Origin: Thalia democratica
Lineage: Eukaryota
Reading direction: 5' to 3'
Length of the DNA: 64,000 nucleotides
NCBI GenBank assembly: GCA_965202585.1
Contig: OZ241832.1
Span: forward strand, 33,852,001-33,916,000
This document shows positions 25,627 to 40,000 of the stretch, piece by piece. Made by a program: the position numbers and the translations under genes. A model generated the notes under the pieces. That model did no database searches, was not told where the DNA came from, and saw nothing but the letters and a program-made list of their open reading frames with translations. Numbering within the stretch: the first letter of the stretch is position 1; every line of letters begins with the position of its first letter.

Positions 25627-27096
25627 ATGAGTTATGTGGAAGATATTTTAACCATATTTTCATACTTGTTGTTTCTTTGGAACAACAAAGCTAAGGTAAA
25701 TGACGAATTAACAACTACCATAGGCTTGCTGGCAGTAAATGTTATAAACACTCAAGTCAGGTTTACAAGAAATCAAAACAGTTTAGTAAATTTAAAAAAC
25801 TTTGAAAGAAAAGCCTCTGGTAGAAACTTAGTTTATGGATGTCTCATTTTTCTTCTCAGTGTAATTGATTTAGCAAACAGAGAAAAGTTTTTGCTAGTGT
25901 TTTGGTCAACTTTTGTTATTGTTTTTGTAAATAGTTTCTTGGCTGCAGTGCCTTTAGACTTGGCTTTACCAATTTTATCTCTTATAAGTATTTACAAACT
26001 TAGTTATGAAGTTTTACTTATTTCCAATGATTTACTTATAACACTAATTTTGTACATCATTTTGTTGTGCTTGCTATTTTATATTTGCTTTTTTTATTCA
26101 GATAAAAGTTTTTCTTATGGTGAAAGCATTTTAGTCTCGCAACTATCAACTTTTTTTTTGATGAGCTCATTGAAAACAAGCTTTTTAGTTAATTCTAAAT
26201 ATTTGCTATACTTCATACTTTTCTTAGCTGGTAAAATTGTAGTTATATGTTTTTTCATTCAACAGTTCATTTCTGACTTATTTTTAAAGTTCTTGCTGCC
26301 ACTTGTTGTAGTTTTATTACTGGAATCAGGTAAACTTTTAGAAGCAAACTTTGCTGAAGTTCCTTTTTCATTTTTTGAATTCTTAAGTAATAAATATCCG
26401 GAGAGACAGTTTTTATTATTTTCATGGTTGCTAACTAGCATCCTAACTCTTATGTACACATCATACAATAGCAATAGACATGATAATTCAAGAAGCATCA
26501 CAATCTACAGAAAGTTCTACCACCTAGTCATTTTGCTTGTTTACATTCCAGGCATGCTTGTAGACATTGATTTACTTGTACTAGCATCTGGCGCAGTGAC
26601 AATTGTGTTTTTAGTTTGCATAATTGTAGAAGCTTACAAAATAAAACCTTTTTACCAGCACATTCACAAAGCGGTGCTTCAGTTTAAAAGTAGCCAAGAC
26701 ACTGGAAAGTTTGTTTTAACACCGCTCTACCTTGTTTTGGGTTGCTCTCTTCCAATATGGCTGGAATTTTTAAAGAACCCGTCAGCTGCAAGGCTGCCTA
26801 TTTCCAGCTTGAGCGGAATTTTGTCAGTTGGAATTGGCGATGCGGCAGCTTCTGTTGTTGGTTTCAAGTTTGGCAGGCGCAAAGTGTTTGGAAGTGAAAA
26901 ATCTGCTGAAGGGTTTCTTGCTTCTGTGGTTTTTCAATGTTTAACCATGCTGGTTTTTCAATACTTCAATCTCTACAGCTTGGATTTCAGAGTGTTCACA
27001 GCAATTGTCGTCGTTTCTGTTGCTGAGCTTGTGACCAAAGAAATTGATAACTTGGTTTTACCACTGCTGATGTATGTGATGCTGGTAAAGTTATAA
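25627..27096 (+). CDS. DOLK: Dolichol kinase (polytopic membrane protein, CTP-dependent), intronless
   Basis: 489-aa highly hydrophobic ORF with the family motifs RKFYHL, SSQDTGKFVLTPLYLVLGCSLPIWL, GILSVGIGDAAASVVGFKFG...KSAEG and IDNLVLPL. Confidence 0.93.
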   Translation: MSYVEDILTIFSYLLFLWNNKAKVNDELTTTIGLLAVNVINTQVRFTRNQNSLVNLKNFERKASGRNLVYGCLIFLLSVIDLANREKFLLVFWSTFVIVFVNSFLAAVPLDLALPILSLISIYKLSYEVLLISNDLLITLILYIILLCLLFYICFFYSDKSFSYGESILVSQLSTFFLMSSLKTSFLVNSKYLLYFILFLAGKIVVICFFIQQFISDLFLKFLLPLVVVLLLESGKLLEANFAEVPFSFFEFLSNKYPERQFLLFSWLLTSILTLMYTSYNSNRHDNSRSITIYRKFYHLVILLVYIPGMLVDIDLLVLASGAVTIVFLVCIIVEAYKIKPFYQHIHKAVLQFKSSQDTGKFVLTPLYLVLGCSLPIWLEFLKNPSAARLPISSLSGILSVGIGDAAASVVGFKFGRRKVFGSEKSAEGFLASVVFQCLTMLVFQYFNLYSLDFRVFTAIVVVSVAELVTKEIDNLVLPLLMYVMLVKL

Positions 27097-28034
27097 ATGA
27101 ACTTAATTTCTATGAGGCAATTATTTGAAAATGAAAATGGATAAAAAAATGGATTCTTTAAATAACTTATAACTTTTACATTCTTTGTTAAATTACTTGC
27201 TTGAAGTAGATAAGTGTGCAATATGTTTTGTGTTTTTACGTTACAGATTATATACTGAAATTAAACTTAATTTATTACTATTATGTTACTTTTTAGCTAA
27301 AATCTTTCACTTTTTTATTAAAATAGTAATTAGTGATTTTTATATTCTTAAAATGCTTCAGAAAAAATATAGATAACAGATTTAGAAAAATTTGGCTAGT
27401 CTTTTTTATTTTGTAGTGGTTTTAACATCAAGTGAACAGTACTGTTAAGTTTAAATTGAAGGGATATAAATAAAAATTGTATTGTTGTTTTGAATACAAT
27501 TAAGTTGAAAGATAAAGTAATTTTAAATATTTAAAATAGTTTTACTGTGTATTCGCAATTGTTAAAATTCATAAGGGTTTTGAATTTAAGAAATTTATTT
27601 CTATGTGTTGTTTTTTAGAAATAGTTAGCTTAACCCTTATTCCTATTTAAGATTCGTACTTTGAAAAACTTGGTAAATTTAGTTAATTTTTAATTTTTAA
27701 ATAAAATTAACAAGAAAATAAATTTCTTTGTTATACCATAAGTTTTAAATTAAATTTCTTCTACTTTAAGTAGTTTTTTAAAGATGATTTAAAAAAAAAA
27801 TTGTGTATCAGGGTTGTATATAAAATAGATACAAACTTGAAATTAAACTACTAATACAAATACAAAATTTACTTTTTCTAAAATGACTTCATAATTTTAT
27901 AACAATATCAACTGGATATACTTGAATACTCATGTAAACTGACTAAGAATTTAATATTTAAGACTTAATAATGAATTGTTATTAAATACCTGCTAAATTT
28001 TTTTTTTTTTCAGAAAATTATATAATAGTAAAAA

Positions 28035-28069
28035 ATGAGTGAAGCTGAAAATTTAGTTGCATCAGTAAG
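28035..28069 (+). CDS. ALDH3: ALDH3 coding exon 1
   Basis: [11 protein letters not shown](R), donor GTATGT. Confidence 0.75.
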
Positions 28070-31000
28070 GTATGTTGTTAGATATTTTGTGCTTTTTTTA
28101 TAAGAAATTTCAAATACTCATTATAACTGAAAACCTAGAATTTTAAACAATGTTTATGTATAAGATAATAAAATTTATATTATATACAAAAATCTACCAT
28201 ATTCATAATTTTTCATTGTTTTATTGAGAGTTTTGTGCATTATACAGTATATAAAAAGTAGCATTACAGTATCGTTTCAATTAATTTATATTATTTATGA
28301 CATTTTCTTACTTAATTTTGAAAATTTAACTTTGTACTAAAAATGGACTAAAACCTCCCATAAGGAACCTATTGTTGCCTCTGACTTTGACAAGTTATAT
28401 CTCAAAAAATACATTGAATTTTTTAAATATGTAAAAAGCATCTTGTAGCTTAGTAAAAACTATCTAAAATAAGATTAAATTGTGAAAAAGTGTTTAATCC
28501 CCCTAGGCCTTTAAATAAACTGTATGGTTAAGAATATATATACTTAAACTATATGGAGAACTGTTTTCTATTATAACCTTTCTACCTTTTCATACTGAAT
28601 AATGTTTAAGATAAAGCAAGCTTTTTATTTATGTTACTAAATTGTCAATTATTTTAAATTCTTATAGTATATAAGTTAATGTTTAAATTTTTTCAATAAA
28701 GAACAAAAGTATTGAATTATATAAATTACTTTCTTTCATTTTAATTTAGCAGGCAAATTTTTTTCCTTTATAAATTATCTCCTTTCTAACAGAAAAGCAT
28801 TCAAGAATGGCACTACAAGAGACGTGCAGTGGAGACTGAAGCAACTTGATGCGATGCTGAGCATGTTGGAAGAAAACGGTGATTTGTTCAAAAAGGCAGT
28901 GGAAGAAGACTTGAGAAAGGTTTTAAAACTAACGTTATTGTAACATGTTCTTTATTAACTTATAAAATTTATTGTTGCAACTAAGCATTTTTATGTTGTT
29001 AGACTTAAGTGGGGATCAGCAAGTAAAAAGGACAATTTTAAAGCGCTTTAAATAATATATTGTTTACTCATTTTCTGAACAAAATATAGAGTGATAGATT
29101 ACCATTTTTAAACATAACACTAAAAATTAAATAAAAAATTTGAAAACAAAATGATGTAAAATAAATTACTTATAGCAAAATTTTGCATGCCGGTCCAGTT
29201 TGCTGACCCGTCATCTAAAGCATTTAGTGTCTTTATTTTTTTTGCTGTCAAAGTTCATACTTAAAAACAAAACAATGAAAATATTATATTTTAAAGCCGT
29301 CGTTTGAAGCTGACTTGATGGAAATAATGGTGCTGAAGAATGAAATTCACCACACCAAAAGAAACCTTTCTACTTGGATTAAGCCTGAATACCCTTCAAC
29401 CACACTGGCGCAAAAGTTTGATACTATAAGGTTGGTTTGTGTGATAGTAAGGTAATTTTTTTGATTTGGTTAAGAATTTATTGGCTCTTTGTATGGATAG
29501 TGAGTAATTATGCTGTGTTTGCTGGTCACATCTAAACATATGATCCAGATGTGTTTAGGCTTCATTAGTAAAAAACTTAAATAATAAAAAAAGTTGCAAA
29601 AAAAAAGTTTGCACCCAAAAAACTGATTTGAACCCCAAGAACCACATATTTTTTGATTTTTTGACTAAAATAGTAATAAAGTCATTTATACATGTGTTAG
29701 ACATATAGTTTGTAACTTAAATGAAAGCTTATGATTAAAGGCATACATATAAAGACACTTCAACTGCTTTTGGTATATTATGATGACATAATCATACAAA
29801 ATATGCAAAATGTAAAATGGTACTTTTTTTGTTATAAAAAACAAATTCTTCTGCTGTTTTTACCTTTAATTTCTTTAATTTTAAATGTCAAATGTTAGCA
29901 TTTAGTAAACCAGAAATATACTACTAAAGTAGTGTCATTTTAATTGCATGTTGATATATATATATATATATATATATAATACATTCTAAATTGCTTTCAG
30001 TTATTATATATTATGATTATTGAGAGCACCTGACTAAGTTTAAAAGGATTTACCTATTTCCTAAGCTTTATGAAGATCTCAGCAATAGACTAATTACCAC
30101 TTTAGATGATTTTGTGGTCCAATCAACACAGTTATAAATTTCATTTAATTTATCTAATTGAAGTACTATTTATAATTTATCATTTTATTAGATTTAGATT
30201 TATTGTTATTAATCTAAAAATATTATTTTAAAGAAAAGTATTCAGTTATTGGATAATTATACAAACATATGCAATATTAGTTGTTAAAGTTTTTATGTTT
30301 CCTCAAGCTTAGAATTTTTTTATTTGAACTGATTAATAATCGAAAAACATTATTATTTTTTATTTAACAAAGTAACTTGTAATATTTTATTTGTTGTTAC
30401 TTTTGTCACTCAGGCCAGTTAGGTTTTTAAAATTAGAAAAATAGAATTAACTAATGCTGCTTTACAGGGTGGCCACTAAACCTAGAAAAACATGGAAAAA
30501 CCTGGAATATGACAATTAAGACTAAAAAACCTGTTATATGAAAAATTTTGAAAAAGAAAACCTTGACTTTTGAACAAAAATCAATAAAAAACCTTGAATT
30601 TTAAACAATTTTTTACATGTTAAATTGAGAATTTCAATTTGACACAAAAAATCTATCATATAGACAAAAATTTTTTGTTATCATCGAATTTTTTTTTATT
30701 AAAAAATACATTTGAAGTAGCTCTACAGTATTTTCAATGTCGTTATACTATTTAATACCTTAGTTTACTTTAAATATAATATTAAACTAAAAATAGACCC
30801 AAAACCGTGTACTTTCAAAAACCTGAAAGATATTCAGAAGATCTGGAAGAAATATCTAAAAAACTAGTGGCCACCCTGTATTTTAATTTAATTAAAAAAA
30901 ACTTTAAGTAACTTTTAATTTGAAATCTATACATTCTTACATTAGGATATAAACTGAAGTTTTACAATTTATTATTATTTTTATTATATCTAAACTGAAC

Positions 31001-34000
31001 TTTTAATTTCTTATTTTAAAGCCACAATTACTTTTTATTAAATTCAGACTGATTTGGAATGTTTTTACTTTGCCGTAAAGAGTTACAAATATTATATAAA
31101 AAAAAAAGTTATCATATTTTGGTGTGAAAGTTATAAGTTAAAAGTTTCAAAACTATCTAAAATTTTAAAAAATTATAAAAATGAAAAAAAAAAACAGACA
31201 TTTCCAATGCACTAAATTTTATTCTATTGCTTCTTTGAGAAAAATAATAAATTTTCAATATTTTTTAATTCAAAAAAATAAATCTTTTAGTTTCACAATT
31301 ATTTTTTGTTTGATTTTTAATAACAACATCCTTTCTAAGGGAACATTTTTATAAAAATAAAAACTTCTTATATTGTATTATTTCTTAATGCAAGTTTCTA
31401 AGACATTGTAAAACCTGTTTATAAAGTATAAAATTAAAAAAAAAATCTTTTATCTAATTGTTTTCAAGTTATTTATTAAAAAAAAATTTTACATTAGATT
31501 TATTCAGCCAGCTAAGGATAAATATTTCTTTTCTGATTGAAGCTAGTTTTTGTAAAAACGTGTCAAAATTGCACTACGACAAAATTTCACAAAGTTACTA
31601 AATTGCGCGAGGGTATCAAATTGCACAAAGATACTTTTGCACAAAGACAATTTTGCACCAAGGGTCAATTTTGCAAGATTTACATTTTTGCACGAAAGTA
31701 AAATAGAAAAAATATATAAAAACAGAAAAAAAAACTAAAAGAGAAAAAAAAAAAAAAAAGTTACTGACCGAGGGTAAGGGTGAGGGGTAACAATAGTGAT
31801 AGTAAAAATAAAATAAAACTAATGAAAATTATCTTAAAAAAATAAACCAACCCAGGGTAAGAGTTAGGGATAACAGTGATAGGAAAAAAAACTAAATTAA
31901 AAAAAATCAACCTGTGATAAATTTCTCCAAAAAAAAATTGTCTGCTCGTGCAAAAGTATCTTCGTGCAATTTCGTCCCCTCATGCAATTTTGTACGCCAG
32001 TGCAAATTTGACAGCTACCCAGTTTGTGTACAAGTTTAATTTAATCTGTAATATTAAACTATTTAATGTTTTTGATAATTGAAAACTAAAACTTTTTAAT
32101 GTTTATGTTATTTAGATACTTAATTAGCATTAGTACAATGTACATTGGTTGGCAAGCCATCTCCCGAAGGGTTTTTTTGGTTTAATTAAAACTCACATAT
32201 ATTTCCTAATTTAATTTTTTGTTAATTAAGTTATGAATAAGCAGCACTCATTGTTAAATAATTGTTTTATTAAAGTTTTTCTGTTAAGAAATTTTATTGT
32301 ATTTAATAAAAATTGACAAATCAAGTCTGCTTACCCCTACCATAATAGCCGATTACTAATAGTGCTTTTAGATTTTACTTGTTAACTTACTTTTAAACAC
32401 AGGCTGATTTAGTTTTATCATCAAACAGTTGCAAGCTTAAATTACAAATAGAAAATTTGTTAACTATCATAATAAACACACTATTGTTAACTTTTAATAC
32501 TAAACTAAAAATTTTTTTTTGCTATTTTCCATCTAAAGCACTCTTAATTGTTGAAAATCTCATCTTATTAGTAATTTTAGTAAAAAGTTTGTGTCAAGAG
32601 TTCCTACTATACAGTTGCACTAGTTTTATTGGCACAACTCTTTTCAGCCTATTTTTTTATCGTGCAGCAAGTTGTATATATTTTACCAACAGATTTGACA
32701 AGGAGCCGTTTGGTGTCGCACTTGTCATCGGAGCTTGGAATTATCCAATCAACTTGCTCCTTCTTCCCGTTGTTGGCGCCATTGCTGCCGGTTTGTTTTG
32801 TTTGATGTTTCTTGTACAAAGTTTTCAATAACATTATTGTTGCTGAATACGTAATTGCCAAAACATTCATTATAATATAGATAAGATAATTGTCTATAAA
32901 TGAATCTTTAAAGACCCTTTTAAAGTTTATACTTCTCAGTACAAAGTATTTATGACAATGACCTTTTGACAGTGTCTCAGTTTTGTAAGATAATTTAGTA
33001 ATGGTTATTTTAACAGAGTTGCCACTTTATCTGGAAACCTGGAATTTGACAGTTTAGGCAAAAAAAAACGTGGAAAGTCCTGGAATTTTGAACAATATCA
33101 CTAAAAAAACCTGGAATTTTAACAATTTTCACATATTCAGTAATAAATTTTCGATTTGACTTAAAAAATCTATCATATAAATAAAAAGTTTTTGTCATCA
33201 TCAACAATTTTTTTATTAAACAACATATTTAAAGTAGCTTTACAGTATTTTTTCAATGTTTTTATACTATTTAACACAGTTTTTTACCTTAAACTTAACT
33301 TTAAACTAAAAAAAAACCCAAAAATGGATACTTAAAAAACCTGGAAGAAACTTGAAAAACTTGGAAAAGTTTTTTGAAAAAACGAGTGGCAACCCTGTTT
33401 TAAATACTTTAGTATAGAATTTTAAAATGTGTTTTTGAATTTACTTTAACAGAATTAACTATTTAAAGTTGTATATTAATTTGATGAAAATTACTTTTTA
33501 TGTTGTGCTATAAATATATTTTTTTGTAAACTATTTAACAATTAGTAAACAAAAAATCTTAAAAAAACACTATGTTATTTCGTAATTAGTTCATTTTACT
33601 AAATATCAGTGTTCATATTATATATGTATGTTTGTATTTATACTTTCATCGTTTTAGATTTTTAGTTGTTATAAATCACAAGGAGTTTTTCTTCATGAAA
33701 AATCTTTTAAACTTATAATGGTCGTAAAAAAGTGCCAAATTGATGGATTGACCTATATGACGCCAAATCATCCATGTGATATAGTTTGCAGACTTCTTTA
33801 CATCACAAAATCGAACATAAGAAGAATTGTGGATCATCAAAAGCTGTTACAATGCCTAAACTAATTAGGCTAATAGTTTACCAGGGGATCAGCAAAGAAA
33901 CATGGCTTACCTTCATTCGCAGGTGGGAGCTATTCAAAACGGGGTTAAGCATAAGCAGCGAAAATGCAAGCGCACAGCTTTTTCAATGCACGTATGACAA

Positions 34001-37000
34001 ACTTGGCGATCTTATGTCAGCAAATGATCCTACGCTAAGTCAGAAGAGTATGTGGATAGACTAGAAGAGTCAGTATCGGTCATAAAAGTTTCAATTGGGG
34101 TCTAAACTTTAAGCTTGCATTATGAGCACGATTAATCATTTAGAACGTTTAAAACCTGTGTTCGCAGCAAGAAAAAACTTGTAATTTCACTACAGGTGAG
34201 TGTAAATGTGATAAAATATGACGAGTTATACGAAAGAAGCAATAATTGACGTTATGCTTGCAGTTATAGGTGACGATTATATTAGAAGAGAAGTTATAAG
34301 CACTGTATATATCTTATCTAGGATATCGTTCGGTATAATTTCCCTTATTAAAAGCAAGGAAATGGGTAGGCTTACAACGTAGAACTTCCGTACTGTATCA
34401 GCGGTACCTTCCTTTCAACTTCTGAACAAGCAATGTCTCAGTGTGGGATATAAGTCTCAGAATGTCCCTTGTCAGTGCTGTAAGAAGTTATTCTATCCAT
34501 TCAATCAAAAAGGAACTCTACCTTTAAGATAATGTAAGTCTTTCAAAGAAGCAAACTTATAAAGAAGGTTAATAATGTTCTGATACAAGATGGTAGTTCC
34601 TGTTTTATGCAACATGATACCCAGATAGTCAGCGGATTATCTTGATCAACATTTTATTTGAAAAAAAAAACATTGCTCAAAGCTAAATCCATAGACCATC
34701 CACATGCATCAATCGAAATTACTAAATACGGCACAAATAAGTTTGTTGTGGTAAGTGCATTGGCTGATACTGGTGCACAGTCAAATCTTTTGAAATGGAA
34801 AGACTTTCAAGACGCTGGTTTTGGTAAGAATGATTAACTTCCTGTATCAATCACAATTCGTGCTGATAATAAAATTCCAGTAAGCATTTTATGAGCTTTC
34901 AAAGCAGCTTTTAGTGGACCATCTCTAAAGAATGAGAAAATCAGCCGCAATGGTATTATCTATGTCAGCAACTCGGTGCCACCCGCGTAAATGGGACAGG
35001 AGTGGAGAAGTGATGGAAAAGCTTTTACATGATCAGTTTGTGGTGGGAAGTGATGGCTCAGGGAGACTGACGCGTATAAACAGAATATTTCTATGGTTTT
35101 ACAACCCAGTCTCAACAAATATTGAAACAAAAGTATACCCAGCTCACCCAAAGGAAATGTGCGTCATCAACATCCTGATTCTCCTGTAGTGGATACAGAA
35201 GACTCCAACGGTGCCAATATCAATGAAACACTTGAAATTGACAGAGATGAGTTGAGCGAGAATATTCCTGATCCTTCAGTTCCTATAGAAAATAAGGTGC
35301 TGCCACTTGCCTTGCGTAGGTTGAAAGATTTCAATGCACCAGGAAAACTTAAGAGAGGAGTACTACAAGGTAGAAAGAAGAGCGCTTTAAATGAGCTGGA
35401 GGGGATGTAGCACCACTGAACTATAGCTCATTTGGCTATATATCAGTGTTCCTTTTATATGTGTGACATGTGTGTTTAAGTTTTATTATTGTTTCAGATT
35501 TTTAATTGTTAATAAAGTATTTAAACACAAGAAGTTTTTTTTTCAAGTACAGATATGTTTTGTATAAATTAATTAAAAATGTATTTAAATATTCTATTAT
35601 GCTTTGCTGCTATTGAAAAAAAATATATTATCATTTTAATTGTTTTTTATGTTTTTATGAAAAGCAAATTTATTGAAATATTTAGATATTCGAGTAGGTT
35701 TCAGACTTACATAAGTTTAACTTTTGCAAGGAGCATTATTTTTACAAAATTTCAAATCTCTTTAAATTTTGAAGTTGTTTCAAGATAAAATAAATGATAA
35801 AAAAAATAAAATCGTTGTTTTTGCCAAAGACTGTAGTCATAACTATTTAACTCAGTAAAATACGTAAGTAGGTAGTATGAAGTTTGTATAAGAAATACTT
35901 GTTTCAAACTAAAAGGTGTAGTTAAAATATGTTTGAAAATTTTCCAACGTAGTACAATATAACCATAACATTTTTTATTTAAATAAATGTTAGTTTTTTA
36001 TCTTGCTCAGACGAGGTAGCGTTTTTTAGTAAGCATTAAAACACAAAAATGTTAATGTTGTGAATCAACTACACATTATTCAACTATTTGAAGTTTTAAT
36101 CTAAGACTTTATTACGAGACACTTTTATTGATTTTTATTACGTAATACTTAATTTGAAAACCTTTACTACTTACTTTTTTTATGCTATACAAGATGAAAC
36201 AGTTTACTCCGATAATTTTATTCTTTTTTAAGAAAAATATATTTTCATGAGTAAGGTTTTGAAAGTTGATGAATCATCGCAAAATGTAATAATGGAACAA
36301 CATATTAAATATTTAGCTTTCAACTTGATCTAAATTTGTTAAATAGTTAAAATTTAACTAAGATTGCCAAAAGAGTCATCTTTGTATAGCAATTTATTCA
36401 AATCTAAAAATAATGATAAACATGTAGACGGCACAGATTTGAATATTTTCAATATAAAGTAGTAAATTTTAATGTAATTTAAATAAGTAATTTAATTGTT
36501 TCTTTCGTTTAAAAAAAAAATAAAACTTAATTTATTTTTAGAGTATCAGGATAAAAGTCTTTCAAAATAAAATCTTCATTTACTCAGTAAATTTTGTTTT
36601 AGTACCCTTACAAAATTAATTAAAACTATAACAAGTTAAAGCATAAGATATTTTTTATATTAAAAAATAGTTGGTTTTACTGAAGAATATTTAAATGAAA
36701 CAAATGTTTTGTTGTAATAAAACCAGTAACTTTAACCCCATAGAAAAAAAATACTTACTTTATATCTTAATTTGCATATCCATTTGCTGAAACAAAGAAA
36801 TTTTAAGAATAGATAATAGATATGCTTAGAGATTTAAAGTGTTTTTGCTTTTGTTAATTTATATTTTATTTTCATATTGTTGTATATATACGTTTGTTTA
36901 AAAGTTTAAAGTTTAAAAAACATTTTAATAGTTTGAATTAAACGCTTTAAGTTTTATTTTTTTAAGTCTTAAAAAATTTAATATACAATTTTAGTTTAAA

Positions 37001-40000
37001 AGCAAAAAACTATGTTAAACAAAGTATGTTGAAACTTTATTCTGTTATATTTTTGAAAAAGAATTAACGATTATTAAGTTACTAAAATAAAGTTCCTATC
37101 CCCTTTTCACTTGAATATGCATGTTTAATTTTTAGATTTATTTATAACGTTTATTTTCTCTGTCTAATAATTATTTTTTGATAACTAGTACACACTTTTA
37201 TAACGTTTTAACTTGTCAAGCACTACCGGTCAAGACCAAGATGAATTTCGTACAAAATATTTACGCTTGCATTTGTTTACAGGCAACTGCTGCGTGATAA
37301 AACCATCTGAAATTTCGCAATCAACAGCTGCGTTGATGAAAAAGCTGGTGCCGCAGTACCTTGATAAAGTAAATAATTATTTTAATTGTTGTATAACTAT
37401 TTAAAATTTTGATTTTGTTGTAAGCTAGGTTTATGTGTTGTGAATCAAGTTTAATGTTTCACTTTTTTTTGATATTTGGTTTTTACTATTTTAAAAATTT
37501 AATGTAGTAATTATTTATTAAAACTGGTATAGCTCTTTTCGAATACAACAACTAATTGTTCACAATATTGTAAAGACTGTTTATTAAAACTGGTATAGCT
37601 CTTTTCGAATTGGACATTTAATTGTTCACAATATATGTAAAGATTATTCATTAAAACTGGTTTAGCTTTTTTCGAATCCAACATTTAATTGTTCACAATA
37701 TATGGAAAGGTTATTTATTAAAACTAGTATAGCTTTTTTCAAATTCAACATTTAATTGTTCACAAGGATAAAGGTTTTTAAGTATTGATGCACGTATGAT
37801 TTGCTAATTCGGTTGCGGTTTAATTTTTTACGTGTTGATAAATAAGTTCTTAAAATTATATTTTTGCAATATTTTAGGTTTTAAAGTTACTATACTAACA
37901 CAAAAAATATAAATGAGTAAAACAAATTAAAAAATCTTTGAAATAAAATTAAGATAAAAGTTAATTTAAAGTTAGTTATTTTAGTATCATAAACTAATTT
38001 GGTTTAGTTATTACGTGCAAACTTGACTTCATAAATCATTGAAAATATTTTATCGTGTTACTTTCAAAGGACTGCTTCCCTGTGTATTGCGGTGGAATAC
38101 CCGAAACCACGGAGCTGCTGAAGCAGAGATTCGATTACATTTTCTTCACCGGAAGCACGAATGTGAGCTTTTGATTTACGATGATATAATATTTTTTTTT
38201 TGTTATATTGACTGTAATAGTGTCTAAAAATTAATTAAACCTAAATTTAATTTTGTACAGTTTATACGAAAGATATTGCTAAACAATAAAAAAAAATGAT
38301 CAAAAGTTTAAGCCTAGGCTAGCTCAGGCTTGATCTAAATTTTTGAAAAACTAAGGGTGAATCACATTTGTTATTTTTTTTTGCAAAACTCCACGCTGTT
38401 TTGTATTTTTTGTAAATCTAAGACTCGTTTTAATAGCAATAAAATCTTGTTATTTTTTTTTCTTTACGTTGATCTTTATTTTTTTTTATTATTAAATTCT
38501 TAAATTATTCAAGTTTGGTAAACAGTAAATCTTTTCTAGTTTTTCTACTTGAGTTTTTTAACAAGCTCAGACTAGTTTGATGTAACTTCTAAATTCGTAA
38601 AGCAGCAACACTGAATAATGTTAGCACATTAAAAGTCTTGTCATCAATGTAATATTAAAAGGTGGGAAAAATTGTGATGAGAGCGGCGTCTGAGTACTTG
38701 ACGCCCGTCACGCTTGAGTTGGGAGGGAAATCCCCTTGTTACATCGACGACGGCTGTGACATCAACCTGGGTTCGTGTTAAAATTTTAGTTGCATGTTTT
38801 TTGCGTTTAGACTTCTGTGGTCTTTTCGAGGTCATGAGTTGGTATAGAAAAATGCAGTGTTCCGGTTGGTCCAGGGATGGGCTGCCTTTTACAATCGTGG
38901 GCCGATTTTACTAGATAATGTTTCTTAAAGGTCAAATTGTCTAGAAAATTCTTTGGGGGCTGAAACTATTTGAAATAAAGTGTAGTATGCAGTATTAAAG
39001 TACTATTTTGATAAAAAATGTGTTATAATTGGCAATATTAGAAGAATAGCCAAGAGTGATTAGTTAATTTAAGAGCTTAATTGTAAGTTTTTAAGCAAAA
39101 AATTAAAAGTATATTTTTAGCTGAAAAATTCCTCGTGGCCCATTTGACCCGTGGGCCGCAGTTATCTTCTCGGATACTTGTTCATATCCAGTCAAGTAAC
39201 TATGCTAAAAAGTTTTTATTGTTTAATAAGTTTCGTTAAACTTTAAGCTAGTTTTAGTTTGGTTCAAAAATTAAACTATGTACATATTCTGAAACATTTA
39301 TAAATAAATTTAATATTATACTTTTTGACTTAAGTTACAAAATTTAGTTCTTAATGTTCGTAAATAAAGAAAATTGATTTAGTATAGTAAATAAACAAAA
39401 ATTTTATTAATTTAAGAAAAACAAATACACTGTTTCACCGCAAAGCGGATTTTCAAGTTGTAAATCTTATTCAAACAGAAATAGTAAAATAATCACCAAT
39501 GCTAATTGTACTTGTGAAATACTTGTAACAACATTTTCAATGAGAAGTCATACAATAACAGCTTAGCATACTGTTTTTGTTGTTGCTATTTACTAAATTT
39601 AGTTGTACTGTTTTAATTTAGGAAACAAATAAATTAAATTGCACTTTTCTTAAACATTTTTCAAATTAAGCAATAGACTTAAGAGTTTAGTGCACAGTAT
39701 TTATTTTTAGTGAATTTTTAAGAAAGTTTTAATATTTTTTTGAACAGCCTTGAAGAAATTTTTAGAAGACAAAAGGTAGAGCATAAAAAAGACTTAACTT
39801 AAAAAATAATTTTACCAACGCTTATAACTTAACTTCTTTCTAGTATTTTACAAAAAGTTTGATTAAAATAGTTTGAAATAAAACATAAATCTAACTAAAT
39901 ATTTGATTGGAATTTATATTGCGTTAACTTCAAAGTTGTAACTTACGCATAACAAAGTTAAAACTATTGAAAAAATCTATTTCATTTAACTTATGTTATG

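Noticed and set aside
25627-27096. Intronless DOLK as evidence of retroposition
   Set aside because: Human DOLK is also single-exon in its coding region, so this is not unusual.
37512-37766. CRISPR-like array
   Set aside because: Units are contiguous diverged tandem repeats with no unique spacers, in a eukaryotic intron with no cas genes.
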